Shown here in pieces: positions 38,255 through 48,459 of a DNA stretch of 64,000 nucleotides. The position numbers and the translations under genes are program-made. How positions within the stretch are numbered: the first letter of the stretch is position 1; every line of letters begins with the position of its first letter. The notes beneath the pieces are model-generated. The model did not search any database. It saw only the letters and a list, made by a program, of their open reading frames with translations, and was not told the origin of the DNA. This stretch comes from Gammaproteobacteria bacterium (GTDB lineage Bacteria > Pseudomonadota > Gammaproteobacteria > UBA6429 > Thiohalophilaceae), in the NCBI GenBank assembly GCA_029880855.1, contig JAOUNS010000005.1, positions 145,130 through 209,129 of the forward strand, given 5' to 3'.

Positions 38255-38328
38255 TGGAGCGAGTACAGGGATTCAAACCCTGACCAGGAGGTTGGAAGCC
38301 TCGCATGCTATCGTTACACCATACTCGC
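38255..38328 (-). tRNA. tRNA-Gly (UCC), T-loop UUUGAAU, D-loop without GG
   Basis: Acceptor gcgagta/tactcgc perfect. T stem CAGGG/CCCTG. Anticodon loop CUUCCAA. Confidence 0.6.
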
Positions 38329-38526
38329 AATAAAGGGGGCATTACCGATAGCAATGCCATACCAACTCCTGGTATGAGACGCGTCGAAGGTTTTAAAAGA
38401 CGCATCTCCCCAAAGCGTAATGCTTCATGCACTACGCGTATAAACACTTCCCAAATTGTTAAAGAGCATTACCGACCATGACATTTCACAATCGAATTTC
38501 CCGGAGGGAAATTATTCGGGGCATAA

Positions 38527-38558
38527 AAAAACCCCGTTAAGCAGATGCCTAACGGGGC
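38527..38558 (-). terminator. Rho-independent terminator on the minus strand
   Basis: Stem CCCCGTTA/TAACGGGG with a 10-nt loop and a T7 run on the minus strand. Confidence 0.6.
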
Positions 38559-38620
38559 CTGGTTTTACTCCCGCGGAAGGCATCTTTTTCAAGCCTTCCG
38601 CATAAATTCAATACGAAAAG

Positions 38621-38803
38621 CTAGCTCATACCGAGATCACTCGCATATGATTTAATCTGTTCATCAATATTGGAGAAATGACATTCAGCAAAACGCACAT
38701 TTCTGCCAAGCAGCTGTGTATGGGCGGCCGGACGTATTTGTCCCACCCCGTTCATACCGGGCCGTGCAGATAACCAACGATTTGTGCGATAGTTGTGTTG
38801 CAT
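38621..38803 (-). CDS. Small ORF (60 aa), divergent from the XRE regulator
   Basis: GGAG 6 nt upstream of the ATG. No known domain. Confidence 0.3.
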   Translation of the reverse strand: MQHNYRTNRWLSARPGMNGVGQIRPAAHTQLLGRNVRFAECHFSNIDEQIKSYASDLGMS

Positions 38804-38914
38804 TTATTTCTCCAAAGTAATGGCGGAAGTATAACGAGACAATTCAAGATTGCAAGATAATTTTTCAAGTTTCTTGTAACATTAATATTAACTAATATTC
38901 GTGGAGCTGAATCC

Positions 38915-39508
38915 ATGTCGGACAAGAAGAACCCAACCGCCGTCCAAATCGGGCAACGTATCAAACAAGCCCGAAAAATGGCCGGTTTCGAAACCGCCGC
39001 ACAACTATTGGAAGAGATACCAGAGTGGGGAACCGGGAGATTAGGGAATTATGAAGCAGGGATATCCTTGCCTTCTCCGGATGATATCAAGCTTATTTCA
39101 AGAGTTACCGGCTCCTCCCCTTGCTGGATTATGTTCGGTCTTGGACCGATACGCGCATCTGGACGTGATTTACAGGCTATCCGCCATCAGAATCTGGTTT
39201 ACGTTTTTGAGGGCTGCCGTGGAGAGCGTGGCGCCATTACAAGCTTCCTGAAAGCGGTCGGTCTGTCCCGCAGCAAAATTGATGAGCATCTTGATAACCC
39301 CTTTCTGGCCATACCGGATCGGCTGGCCCGCAAGTGCGAGATATTTGCTGAACGGAAATCCGGTTGGCTGGATGAACAACATGTAGAATCTGATCCGGTC
39401 TGTGCAGCATTCCCGGATGAGATGCGCAGGGTGATGGAGATCTATTCCAACCTGAGCGGAGAGAAACGCGAACTGTTTTTAAAAATGGCGGAAGTGTTTG
39501 TTGAATAG
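38915..39508 (+). CDS. XRE-family (Cro/CI-type HTH) transcriptional regulator with an uncharacterised C-terminal domain
   Basis: N-terminal IGQRIKQARKMAGFETAAQLLEEIP... is a typical HTH_XRE. Confidence 0.65.
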   Translation: MSDKKNPTAVQIGQRIKQARKMAGFETAAQLLEEIPEWGTGRLGNYEAGISLPSPDDIKLISRVTGSSPCWIMFGLGPIRASGRDLQAIRHQNLVYVFEGCRGERGAITSFLKAVGLSRSKIDEHLDNPFLAIPDRLARKCEIFAERKSGWLDEQHVESDPVCAAFPDEMRRVMEIYSNLSGEKRELFLKMAEVFVE

Positions 39509-39618
39509 ATTTATTACCCGCGTTTATAAAAATATATACAAATATCGTCCGGTTTAATTTCATACTGTTTCGCAGTATAGTCCGCGTCATGGATCACTAA
39601 CCTAAAAAGGAGTGTAGT

Positions 39619-40275
39619 ATGAGTAAGGCTTTACAATTTGGTGAAACGGTTGAAGGTTACGATATTCCTGTTTTAAATGAGCGTGAAATTCGCGCAGCGG
39701 CCGGACTGCTTTTCCTGTTACTGTTTACCTCTGTTCTCATTGTTGCCACAACAGAAAATTTTCTCTTGTTAAAATATGCCGTTACGATCTTTTTTGTTGA
39801 TATTTTAATTCGTCTCTTTATCAGTCCCCGGTTTGCACCAACCCTGATTCTGGGCAGGCTGATTGTTCGCAACCAAAACCCGGAATATGTCGGTGCGCCT
39901 CAGAAAAAATTTGCCTGGGCCTTCGGTGCAATTCTCTCTGCCATTTTTTTTACCCTGATGGTTGTGGTTAATTCATTCAGCCCCATTACCGGCATTATTT
40001 GTTTCACCTGCCTTATCTTTTTATTCTTTGAGACGGCATTTGGTATCTGCCTAGGTTGTAAGTTCTATAGTATGTATTACAAACAACAGGCCCGATATTG
40101 TCCCGGTGAAATATGCTTGCCCGAGTCTCGACAGGCGATCCAGAAAACCGGCTCCGGACAAATTCTGGTCCTGCTTGCTTTTATCGCCTTTATTGCACTG
40201 ACAGCCATGTTGTTTAATGACTATTTCAGTGTCAAACCCTATGACATGTTTGGTATCAACACGCCAAAACAGTAA
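39619..40275 (+). CDS. Polytopic membrane protein (DUF4395-like)
   Basis: 218 aa with 4-5 TM helices and a conserved Cys cluster GICLGC. Confidence 0.55.
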   Translation: MSKALQFGETVEGYDIPVLNEREIRAAAGLLFLLLFTSVLIVATTENFLLLKYAVTIFFVDILIRLFISPRFAPTLILGRLIVRNQNPEYVGAPQKKFAWAFGAILSAIFFTLMVVVNSFSPITGIICFTCLIFLFFETAFGICLGCKFYSMYYKQQARYCPGEICLPESRQAIQKTGSGQILVLLAFIAFIALTAMLFNDYFSVKPYDMFGINTPKQ

Positions 40276-40281
40276 CTTGTC

Positions 40282-40758
40282 ATGCGATTGATTGGTATAA
40301 AACAGGAACTGTTTCCGTTATGGAAGCAGTTTCGCTGCAGTTTGTACCTGACCATAGATGATGATTACCATCAGCAGGAAATGATACAGATTCATCAAAA
40401 CAGCGATTGGTTATGTCGTTTTATAGAGAATGACTCACGGGAAATAATCGGGCTGGTGGAAATATCCTTCCGCAACATTGTGGATGGATGTCTGTCCAGC
40501 CCGGTTGCCTATCTGGAAGGTTTATATCTCACAGAAGCCGAAAGAGGTAAAGGACATGGTAAACAGGCCATTGACCTGATTTGCCAATGGTGTGTGGAGA
40601 ATGGTTTTTCTGAATTGGCAACAGATACACAGTCAGGCAATACGAAAGCACAGTTATTTTATACACGATTGGGTTTTAAAGAGATCGACAGGGTTGTCGA
40701 ATACCGACTCGAGCTGTCGCCGCCCGCCATTTCTACTCCGCTTTATTCAAAAGATTGA
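40282..40758 (+). CDS. GNAT-family N-acetyltransferase (aminoglycoside 6'-N-acetyltransferase-like)
   Basis: 158 aa with the acetyl-CoA motif region ERGKGHGKQAIDLI and ATDTQSGNTKAQLFYTRLGF. Confidence 0.65.
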   Translation: MRLIGIKQELFPLWKQFRCSLYLTIDDDYHQQEMIQIHQNSDWLCRFIENDSREIIGLVEISFRNIVDGCLSSPVAYLEGLYLTEAERGKGHGKQAIDLICQWCVENGFSELATDTQSGNTKAQLFYTRLGFKEIDRVVEYRLELSPPAISTPLYSKD

Positions 40759-40881
40759 TTTCGTTGAATTTATTCCTAACATCAATAATACAATTTTGTC
40801 GAATGTATCACGCTCGGCAGTTATCCGCGTGCTATTCTTATACAACAGCTATTACCCGGAAAGCCCAATCAGGAGGCTAAA

Positions 40882-41214
40882 ATGAACATTCGTGCAGTAT
40901 CCAGTTGCGTGTTGGGACTTCTATTGGCAGGTCAAACGATGATCGCACTTGCCGACGACAATGAAAGTCCCAATAAGGCCGAGAAGACCACAGGCGTACA
41001 AAACGCCATTGACCAAAACACCAGAAATACCGGCAAATTCAATGAGAAACATCCGGGCAAGGCCACCCCGAAAGGATTGGTCCGTTCCCGTGAAGTCCTG
41101 GAACGTAAACAGGCCGGTGAGCGTCCGGGTCGTCCGGAAGTCTCCCGACCGGAACGTCCTGAAAAACCCGCCCGCCCCGAAAAGCCTGAACATCCGAATA
41201 TGGCAAAGCGGTAA
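40882..41214 (+). CDS. Secreted low-complexity protein with RPE/KPE repeats
   Basis: Signal peptide, AGGAGG SD, and the tandem repeat PGRPEVSRPERPEKPARPEKPEHP. Confidence 0.5.
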   Translation: MNIRAVSSCVLGLLLAGQTMIALADDNESPNKAEKTTGVQNAIDQNTRNTGKFNEKHPGKATPKGLVRSREVLERKQAGERPGRPEVSRPERPEKPARPEKPEHPNMAKR

Positions 41215-41286
41215 TCGACATTGTGATATACAACCAGGGGTACCATGTGTACCCCTTTTTATTGACCGCTGCATCCATTATTCATC

Positions 41287-42066
41287 ATGCCCATCCCCAA
41301 ATTTCTTTTGTTACTATTAATCAGTACAACCTTATTTCTGTCTGCTACCACCGTTGTTGCTGCGGACAGGTGGACCTTCTCTACCGGCGTGGATTACAGC
41401 CAGGGTGACTATGGCGCAACAATAGATACAGAAATCTGGTACATCCCGTTTGCAGTCAAGCTGGAACAGGCCGATATGGTTTACAAGCTCACCGTACCAA
41501 TGCTGGCCATGTCGGGTCCAGGCAATGTAATCGGTGTTGATGCAGTGCCCGGCACCGGCAACCCCAATGAACGACATTCAGAAGCCGGCATGGGTGATAC
41601 GGTGGTGGCCGTGTCCAAAGCATTATTACCTTATCAGCCGGGCAAGCTGTTTCTGGAACTGACCGGCAAGATCAAGCTTCCTACGGCAGATGAGACACGG
41701 GGACTGGGCACCGGAAAAATTGACTACGCCATTCAGATCGATCCTTTTTACGGTATTCGCAAGACCAGTCTTTTTGCCACGCTGGGTTACAAGCTGCAAG
41801 GCGATCCGCCAGACATTACATATCGCAATATTTTGTATTATTCGCTGGGCATCGACTATGCGTTTACAGAGCAGATCGGCGCAGGTCTGATTTATGATTA
41901 TCGACAGGCCGGTACCGCCGGTGGAATTGCGCCGGAGGAACTGACCGTTTATCTACATCGAAAACTCGATAATTCCAGGAAACTGCTGATCTATCTGCTA
42001 CATGGCTTGAGTGACGGCAGCCCGGATATGGGACTGGGAATTAATGTGAGTTACATCCTTAAGTAA
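41287..42066 (+). CDS. Putative outer-membrane beta-barrel protein (MetA-pathway/transporter-like family)
   Basis: Signal peptide, alternating beta-strand pattern and C-terminal aromatic-rich strands. Confidence 0.5.
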   Translation: MPIPKFLLLLLISTTLFLSATTVVAADRWTFSTGVDYSQGDYGATIDTEIWYIPFAVKLEQADMVYKLTVPMLAMSGPGNVIGVDAVPGTGNPNERHSEAGMGDTVVAVSKALLPYQPGKLFLELTGKIKLPTADETRGLGTGKIDYAIQIDPFYGIRKTSLFATLGYKLQGDPPDITYRNILYYSLGIDYAFTEQIGAGLIYDYRQAGTAGGIAPEELTVYLHRKLDNSRKLLIYLLHGLSDGSPDMGLGINVSYILK

Positions 42067-42958
42067 AACTCCCGGCAATTCGGCTTATTTCACGCAATGC
42101 CTTCAGGGCCGCATCCTGATCCACAACACAACTGGAAAGATCACCGTAGTACTGCTCAAGACATTGTAATAACAAGGTTTGTATTTTTCCTTCATCCGGT
42201 TTGTACGGCAAGTGGCAGGACGTATAAAGGCTTTCCAGTGACTTTTCCTTATCGGCAAAATGCTGTTCTATCCTGTCAATCGACCAATCTCCATCACGTA
42301 TGGACTTCAGTTGCTCACGGTTCCTTTCCAGATCGATATCACCTTCTGTCATTATCTGTTCCACCTCATCCAGCAACCGTACAACGTGGTAGGCAAATTT
42401 AACATCATAACCAAATTCTTCGATCATACCCTTGCGCTTGCCCTGCGGTTGTTTTGTTTTTAGCTTGCGCATTTGTGCAAATGCATAACCTTTAAACTTG
42501 TGCCATGCCCCTTTGTGCAGAAACAGTCGGCGACTTTCCCGAACCATATCGCCAATATCGGTGGCGAACAGTACGCATCTCTGTGGCACGAACAAACTGT
42601 CGATCATATTTGGATTGTTTTCCATGCACAACCGGAAATACTTGATGATGGAATAGATCGCCAAATCATATTCTCGCCCTTTGCCTCCCAGGGCGGTATT
42701 GTCCATGATATGGTGCATCTGAAATTGTTCGAAACGCGGTCCAGGCGTGGAGAATCCTTCAATCTCTCCACGCAAATGGGGAAAGACATAATCCCGTAGC
42801 GGAATACAAAACCCGTACACATCCATATCAGACACATCGGTACTGACGCCATAGGCCATGGAGCCCATGATCACTTCATATTGCATCCCGCCGGATAAAT
42901 AGGGTGGTGCCGATTTAATCAACCCCTTCTTATGCAGTTCAGCGACAATGCTTGCCAT
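42059..42958 (-). CDS. Pol-beta-superfamily nucleotidyltransferase, PF10127-like (divergent paralog)
   Basis: GSMAYGVSTDVSDMDVYGF fits G[GS]x9-13DxD. Last gene of a 9-gene minus-strand operon. Confidence 0.6.
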   Translation of the reverse strand: MASIVAELHKKGLIKSAPPYLSGGMQYEVIMGSMAYGVSTDVSDMDVYGFCIPLRDYVFPHLRGEIEGFSTPGPRFEQFQMHHIMDNTALGGKGREYDLAIYSIIKYFRLCMENNPNMIDSLFVPQRCVLFATDIGDMVRESRRLFLHKGAWHKFKGYAFAQMRKLKTKQPQGKRKGMIEEFGYDVKFAYHVVRLLDEVEQIMTEGDIDLERNREQLKSIRDGDWSIDRIEQHFADKEKSLESLYTSCHLPYKPDEGKIQTLLLQCLEQYYGDLSSCVVDQDAALKALREISRIAGSFT

Positions 42959-42970
42959 GCCCTAACTCCT

Positions 42971-43765
42971 CTACCGCGTAGTACGAATAATATGACGAAA
43001 TGCTTCATTGAACTCCGCCTTGTCAAAGGATGGTTTGTTTTCCGGAAAGTTGTTTTTTATAAACACCAGTAAATCACCGATCCGTCTGTCGACGACAGAA
43101 AACAGGGTTTTATACTGCTCTCGCTCCAATATATCCGTTTCATTGCTGCGCGATTTTAACTGCATCAGTTCATCCACAGCGCCTCTGAAATCTCCCTTTG
43201 GATAAAACCTTGCCAGTATCACCGGAAATTCTACCGGGGGGATGGTCTTTTCACTTATTATCCACTCACAACATAACAAAGCACGCAACACATAGAAATA
43301 CCGCTTTAATTTTATCTGCCCCACGCCCGCCAGATTAGCCCAGCCCCGTTTGGCCATGCCCAAATAGTGGTAAACACCATTACCCGGCCGGTAGCTTTTT
43401 CTTGCCAGTTCCCGTAACGTAATCGTGACATTATCAACCTGTTGATAAACAATGGGGGAGTGCAACCATTCAAGCAAAGGGCCATTTGATTTGCTCAACA
43501 GTCCCATCGCCTTGCGCAAGTCCCAACCACTAATATCGAGCAAATCATTAATGGGTTGTTCAATAACATCCCGTTCCTCATATAGAGATAAATACCAGTC
43601 CGGATCATGGCAATAGATAAATCGGACATCATAATCACTATCCGGCGATGGGAAACCCCAGGCACGGGAACCGGATTCACAGGCATATAACACCGTCACA
43701 TGTTGTGCAGCATGCTGGTGTAGCAAGGCCGATAATATATCCGTTTTTACTGTCTCATCTATCAT
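42971..43765 (-). CDS. Pol-beta-superfamily nucleotidyltransferase, PF10127-like ('predicted nucleotidyltransferase')
   Basis: YACESGSRAWGFPSPDSDYDVRFIY. Start taken at MIDETVK (43765) to avoid a 115-nt overlap with the NADAR gene. Confidence 0.6.
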   Translation of the reverse strand: MIDETVKTDILSALLHQHAAQHVTVLYACESGSRAWGFPSPDSDYDVRFIYCHDPDWYLSLYEERDVIEQPINDLLDISGWDLRKAMGLLSKSNGPLLEWLHSPIVYQQVDNVTITLRELARKSYRPGNGVYHYLGMAKRGWANLAGVGQIKLKRYFYVLRALLCCEWIISEKTIPPVEFPVILARFYPKGDFRGAVDELMQLKSRSNETDILEREQYKTLFSVVDRRIGDLLVFIKNNFPENKPSFDKAEFNEAFRHIIRTTR

Positions 43766-43773
43766 TGTCAAAC

Positions 43774-44337
43774 TCACTTCCGCAAACCTTGCCGGACTGC
43801 CATTAACGCAAACCCCAACAGGTTCAAGCCAGGCCACTTGGCCGGATTGTTTGCGTTGCCGTGTGTCTTTTCCAGTCCGATACCCCAAATTTTATCCACC
43901 GGACTGGCTTCCACCAAAACCCGGTCGCCGGTTTTCAACAAAAAATCACCGAGTTCAGGATTTTGGTGGAATTTTTCAATATTCCCCCGCAGCACAATAT
44001 CAAAACGATGCGACAGCCATTTCTGTTCGGTATAGCCACAGACCGTTCTGCCAAGTTTTTTTGCATCACCCGGATGTGACGCCGCGAGAATCTTCTTTTG
44101 TGCTACCTGATCGCTAAACAGTCGAGCCTTTTCCGCCATCATATAATGCTCGGCAGTGGGGTAACTTGTCCCATTAATCACAAATTCAGCCGGAAACCAC
44201 TGGCTCAGACAGCTTTGATCAACAACCCCCGACTGTTTTGGTGTGTGCCCCCAAAAGAACAGGTATTTGACCCTGTTGCCTTGTTCAAGGTAATCAAGCA
44301 AATCATCTTTTGATGAGAATAAGGACTGCATCGTCAT
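43774..44337 (-). CDS. NADAR (YbiA/DUF1768) family protein
   Basis: 187 aa with WGxG (KIWGIGL) and EASP motifs. Confidence 0.65.
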   Translation of the reverse strand: MTMQSLFSSKDDLLDYLEQGNRVKYLFFWGHTPKQSGVVDQSCLSQWFPAEFVINGTSYPTAEHYMMAEKARLFSDQVAQKKILAASHPGDAKKLGRTVCGYTEQKWLSHRFDIVLRGNIEKFHQNPELGDFLLKTGDRVLVEASPVDKIWGIGLEKTHGNANNPAKWPGLNLLGFALMAVRQGLRK

Positions 44338-44705
44338 TGCTGATCTTGCTCATACTTTCCAATTACGGCTATTGTTCCAACTATGTTGGCATTCAGTTCA
44401 GGTAATTCCTCCGCCGGGATCCACCACTCAGTATGGTGCGCAGCGCCAACCTGTTGAACCGAATATTTATCCATAAAGGATTTCCTTACCTCGAACCGGG
44501 TAACAAATCCAACACTACTCTGTTTTACATTCCATTTTTCGGCAATCTCTCTGGCATATTGCTCGTTGGTTACCGGATAAAAGACAGGCTGTTCAGGCAA
44601 CCGTGGCGGCCATGCTGTATAACCACTCGCCTCCACAAGTTTTAGTTCGTTTGGTCCGGTAGGACGATACAGGGTAATTGTGTCTTCCTGCATGTCGGTT
44701 GTCAT
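44334..44705 (-). CDS. Hypothetical protein
   Basis: Start at MTTDMQ (ATG at 44703-44705) overlaps the upstream stop as ATGA. Unknown fold. Confidence 0.45.
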   Translation of the reverse strand: MTTDMQEDTITLYRPTGPNELKLVEASGYTAWPPRLPEQPVFYPVTNEQYAREIAEKWNVKQSSVGFVTRFEVRKSFMDKYSVQQVGAAHHTEWWIPAEELPELNANIVGTIAVIGKYEQDQQ

Positions 44706-44980
44706 TTCTCCGTCGCCTCTTTTTCCATTGTGGCCCAATAAATCACATCACGAAAATCGATTTTGGCACATTCCACCAGTTGCGCCACCTCTGCCACATC
44801 GCCTTTTGCAAGATACAAGATAGAATAGCGTGTATTCAGCAGATTATATTCCGAGCCGGCCATCACATGTTCCGGTTTTACCTCATCCAGTAGCTGAATA
44901 ACTTTCATTTTATCAAAAGAACTGTAGTCATTCTCAAGATGCGCGATGATAGACTGTGAAAAAGTAAACTCATCGTTCAT
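44702..44980 (-). CDS. Hypothetical protein (92 aa)
   Basis: In operon, translationally coupled to the downstream gene. Confidence 0.4.
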   Translation of the reverse strand: MNDEFTFSQSIIAHLENDYSSFDKMKVIQLLDEVKPEHVMAGSEYNLLNTRYSILYLAKGDVAEVAQLVECAKIDFRDVIYWATMEKEATEK

Positions 44981-45043
44981 AAGTTACACCATATTTTAGA
45001 ATCACACTTGTCGCTTACATCAGATAAGATTAAGGAGTTAATG

Positions 45044-45907
45044 TCAGAGTACATTTTCTTTCACCCTCGCAAGACAACTCACCACCGACAAATCCTGTTT
45101 GCTGCCAAACACGCCGGCAGGTATGACAGCCAGACCATTTTCCTCGAATTGTTTGTATCCCTGCGGAACAACGGAAAGATAACCAACCTCCGGTTTTTTC
45201 CAGCCCAACGCCACTTCCGTCAATTGTGGTGTCAGATCCTGCCATGCCTTGTCGAACCATTGTTGCAGCAATTGACCATGTGATTCCACCATCAGGCTTG
45301 CCATGGTTTTCTCAAAACCGGGCAATGGACTGCGACTCACCGCCCAACCCAGCTCGCCGCTTGATAACAGCAACTTTGCCACGCTGCCAAGAAAAATCAC
45401 CTGCTCATGGTCAAGGCGTTGCATTACCGTGTATGCGGAAAAATTATAAACTGTATCCACAATCAGCCGGCGCTCCGGGTCGGCATCCAGCCACTTTAGC
45501 AAATCGACTATCTGATTCTCATGTAAATATGATCCGCTCGGCATCATGGGGTCGGCAATGACCGCAACACACCTTGACTCAATCGGCAATTCAAAACGCT
45601 GCATGCCCAGCGTGCGATAGGTCCGCAACTCCATGTCATCAGGCAACAAATGAAAATAGACCGGGTATATATCCTCCGGTAATACGGCTGTATATTTCAT
45701 TCGGGAAAACATGAAATACAGCTCCTGTAACAAGGCCCTGACTCCCGTTGAGCGCTTCACAAACCAGCCGGGTTCAGCAAAGGTATACCGGTCTGCCACA
45801 CTGATTGCCTGAAGAGCCTTTTTCAGTGGCACAGGATCGAGATCATCCAGTGGTGACAAACCGGCAGGTCGATAGTCACGGTAAAATTGAAACTGCCTAT
45901 AATCCAT
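45044..45907 (-). CDS. Hypothetical protein (287 aa)
   Basis: ORF in operon. No motif recognised. Confidence 0.45.
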   Translation of the reverse strand: MDYRQFQFYRDYRPAGLSPLDDLDPVPLKKALQAISVADRYTFAEPGWFVKRSTGVRALLQELYFMFSRMKYTAVLPEDIYPVYFHLLPDDMELRTYRTLGMQRFELPIESRCVAVIADPMMPSGSYLHENQIVDLLKWLDADPERRLIVDTVYNFSAYTVMQRLDHEQVIFLGSVAKLLLSSGELGWAVSRSPLPGFEKTMASLMVESHGQLLQQWFDKAWQDLTPQLTEVALGWKKPEVGYLSVVPQGYKQFEENGLAVIPAGVFGSKQDLSVVSCLARVKENVL

Positions 45908-47240
45908 AACAGTATCCTGCTGTGTTATTCTTCAGCACTTCACTGTCCGATACTTCAAGGCTGGCATAACATCGGCCATCCGCCATCAAATTCCAGCTGC
46001 GACACATGCCGTTTGCCAGCTCCCATGAGACCGATGGCTCGGTATACGCCGCCACTTGCATGGTTCTGCCGTTTTTGACATAGCGGTATACCGGGCTGCC
46101 CCATGGCAAGCGCATCACCTCTTCCCAACCTTGCTCGGCGGCATAATTGATCAGCATGGCCAACGGTACCTGTTGTGCATAACTCCAGTCATTAGAGGCC
46201 TGATCATAGAAAACGGACTCTGAACTGCTCGCCACGTATAACTCTTTAAAACAGACCTGCTCAATCTCCTGTTGCATGGCCCAATCAAGATAAGCCTCGA
46301 TTTCTGCCGGGCTGTCTATTCCCCCCTTCTGTAACAGACAAATCACTCTCAGGGTCATCCCCGCCCCCTGTTGTCGATTCCCTCTGTATGCCTGCAGCAA
46401 ATTATCAAAGGCCACATCCAGCCCCATAATAGCGGCGGCACGTTGCGCCGCGTAGTGGTGACGTGAAACAGCCAGCACGCTCAACCCTGAATCAGACAAT
46501 GCTGACAATCGTGCCTTCGGGTTCGGGTGATTGGCGATGAAATATCCGTTGGTAATCATCACCACCTTGTCGAAACGACGGCGACATAATTTGATCAATG
46601 CATGCAAGCGCTCTGCCGGCAACAATCCCGGCTCACCGCCGCCGGTAATCACGGCGCGGGTTGCACCGGCCAGTGCCGCCTGATGCAACACCTCGTTCGT
46701 CCGTGCCATAGAGAGATGTTTCTGCTTGTGGATGTGTGAGATGGATGCTTTTGAAAAACAGAACGGGCACTGTGCCTGACAACCATTGGCAATGGGCAAA
46801 ACAGAAATCGTACGTGGTGCCAACTCATCAAAGCCGGCCACAGACTGCTGCATAACGGCATAAGCCTCCGCCATGGCCTCTTCCACACGAACAGGCTTTA
46901 ACGCATTATCCACCGGATAGTACAAACCATTGACCCGGATCTGCTCCGACTCAATATATTTTCCCAGCCCGGTACCGGTCAAATCATTCTCTTTCAGGCG
47001 ATCCGTCTCAATAAGAGTTTCCAGTACAAGCAGGCGATTACCCGGATAGCCCAGTTTCTGCAACAGGCCGGCGGCCTTGTTTATCCCGATCGGCAACTGT
47101 GCATGATCAACCAGAAAAAACACACCCGGATAACTGCTTTGGCTGATCCCGGCCTTGTCATAGATCCGGCTATATTTGTCATAGGCCAATAACAGGTTGC
47201 TCAGTACTGTGACGTGATATTGTTTAATCAACATCTTCAC
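45897..47240 (-). CDS. Radical SAM domain protein
   Basis: CxxxCxxC (NGCQAQCPFC) and a GGGEPGLLP glycine-rich SAM motif. Confidence 0.7.
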   Translation of the reverse strand: MKMLIKQYHVTVLSNLLLAYDKYSRIYDKAGISQSSYPGVFFLVDHAQLPIGINKAAGLLQKLGYPGNRLLVLETLIETDRLKENDLTGTGLGKYIESEQIRVNGLYYPVDNALKPVRVEEAMAEAYAVMQQSVAGFDELAPRTISVLPIANGCQAQCPFCFSKASISHIHKQKHLSMARTNEVLHQAALAGATRAVITGGGEPGLLPAERLHALIKLCRRRFDKVVMITNGYFIANHPNPKARLSALSDSGLSVLAVSRHHYAAQRAAAIMGLDVAFDNLLQAYRGNRQQGAGMTLRVICLLQKGGIDSPAEIEAYLDWAMQQEIEQVCFKELYVASSSESVFYDQASNDWSYAQQVPLAMLINYAAEQGWEEVMRLPWGSPVYRYVKNGRTMQVAAYTEPSVSWELANGMCRSWNLMADGRCYASLEVSDSEVLKNNTAGYCYGL

Positions 47241-48156
47241 ACTCCTTGATATTCGCTATTTCCAGTAACTTCCCGGCCTGTTCGGTTATCTCCTTCTCCA
47301 TATACAGAGCCGCTCTCCACTCCGCCGGTATTCCCTCATAACCATAAAATGCACCGGCAATCTGCCCGCAGACAGCCGCCGTGGTGTCGGCATCGTCTCC
47401 CACATTCACCGTCATGAGGATGGCGTCACGGAAATTATTCGTGTGGGCAAAACACCATAAGGCGGTTTCCAGGGTATTGATAACATAACCACTGCCGGAT
47501 AACTGGTTATATCCCTTGTCCAGATATTCACCCCGGCCAATTCTCTCCACTTTTTCCGCCGGTGAGTTGTAGCCATGTCCAGTGAGGATAGTGGTCTTGT
47601 CCTTGCCCTGCATGGCCAGGGCCAGTTGCACGGCAAACAGACGACAACTTTCCACTGCTTCATCACAACCATGGGTGGTGCGTGAACTATCCGCAGCGAA
47701 CTGCAACAATGCATCACGGTCATGTTGGTAAGTGATCGCTACCGGCGCCAGACGCATGACTGAACCATTACCGGCACTGCGCGGGTCGGTCGATCCGGCG
47801 AACGGATCACCGGTAACACTGAACCGGTTCAGGGCATCGGCGGTGGTGCCGCCGATATCGAAACAACGCCCGGTTGAACTCATATAACCTTCTTTATACC
47901 AGCGACAGTAACGCTGCATCTGATCGGTGGCATCGAATCCGCTGCAGGCAAGCAAGCTGTCGGCCAAACAGAGTGCCATGGAAGTATCATCGGTCCATTT
48001 GCCTTTCGCCAGATTAAACGGACCACCACCGGTCATATCGGTAACAGGCGGAAAGGAACCGCGCATTTTAAATTCCACGGTGGTTCCCACTGCATCACCC
48101 GCCGCCAGACCGACCAGCATGCCTTTTGCTTTATCAAGTAACAATTTATTCATCAC
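47224..48156 (-). CDS. ADP-ribosylglycohydrolase (DraG/ARH) family protein
   Basis: N-terminal GMLVGLAAGDAVG... and TDDTSMALCLADSL are family hallmarks. Confidence 0.8.
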   Translation of the reverse strand: MMNKLLLDKAKGMLVGLAAGDAVGTTVEFKMRGSFPPVTDMTGGGPFNLAKGKWTDDTSMALCLADSLLACSGFDATDQMQRYCRWYKEGYMSSTGRCFDIGGTTADALNRFSVTGDPFAGSTDPRSAGNGSVMRLAPVAITYQHDRDALLQFAADSSRTTHGCDEAVESCRLFAVQLALAMQGKDKTTILTGHGYNSPAEKVERIGRGEYLDKGYNQLSGSGYVINTLETALWCFAHTNNFRDAILMTVNVGDDADTTAAVCGQIAGAFYGYEGIPAEWRAALYMEKEITEQAGKLLEIANIKECEDVD

Positions 48157-48415
48157 AACCCCTGTATGGCGCGAATACGCCTGCCCAAATCACAAATGCC
48201 TCGTTCATGGTTTTACCCTGCTCCATTTGTGCCGCGACAAAACCGGCCTTGGCCAACACATTCAATACTTCCTCAACATCGCCCTGACTATAACAGGGAT
48301 TGGCCTTGTCTCTGGCGGCAAGCTGGATACAGCTTTCTATCCTGGCCGCATCATACTGCGCGGCCAACTCACGTATTTCCGCCATATGCAGATTTGTGAC
48401 TGTTTGTATTTTCAT
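48146..48415 (-). CDS. Hypothetical small protein (89 aa), first gene of operon
   Basis: ORF only. Confidence 0.4.
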   Translation of the reverse strand: MKIQTVTNLHMAEIRELAAQYDAARIESCIQLAARDKANPCYSQGDVEEVLNVLAKAGFVAAQMEQGKTMNEAFVIWAGVFAPYRGCDE

Positions 48416-48459
48416 GACACATCTCCTTTGTATCGCTCTTTCCCGGTCAGCCGGAAAAT

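Noticed and set aside
32800-38400. CRISPR array
   Set aside because: The repeats here are tRNA genes and heterogeneous hairpins, not regularly spaced 28-37-bp direct repeats with unique spacers.
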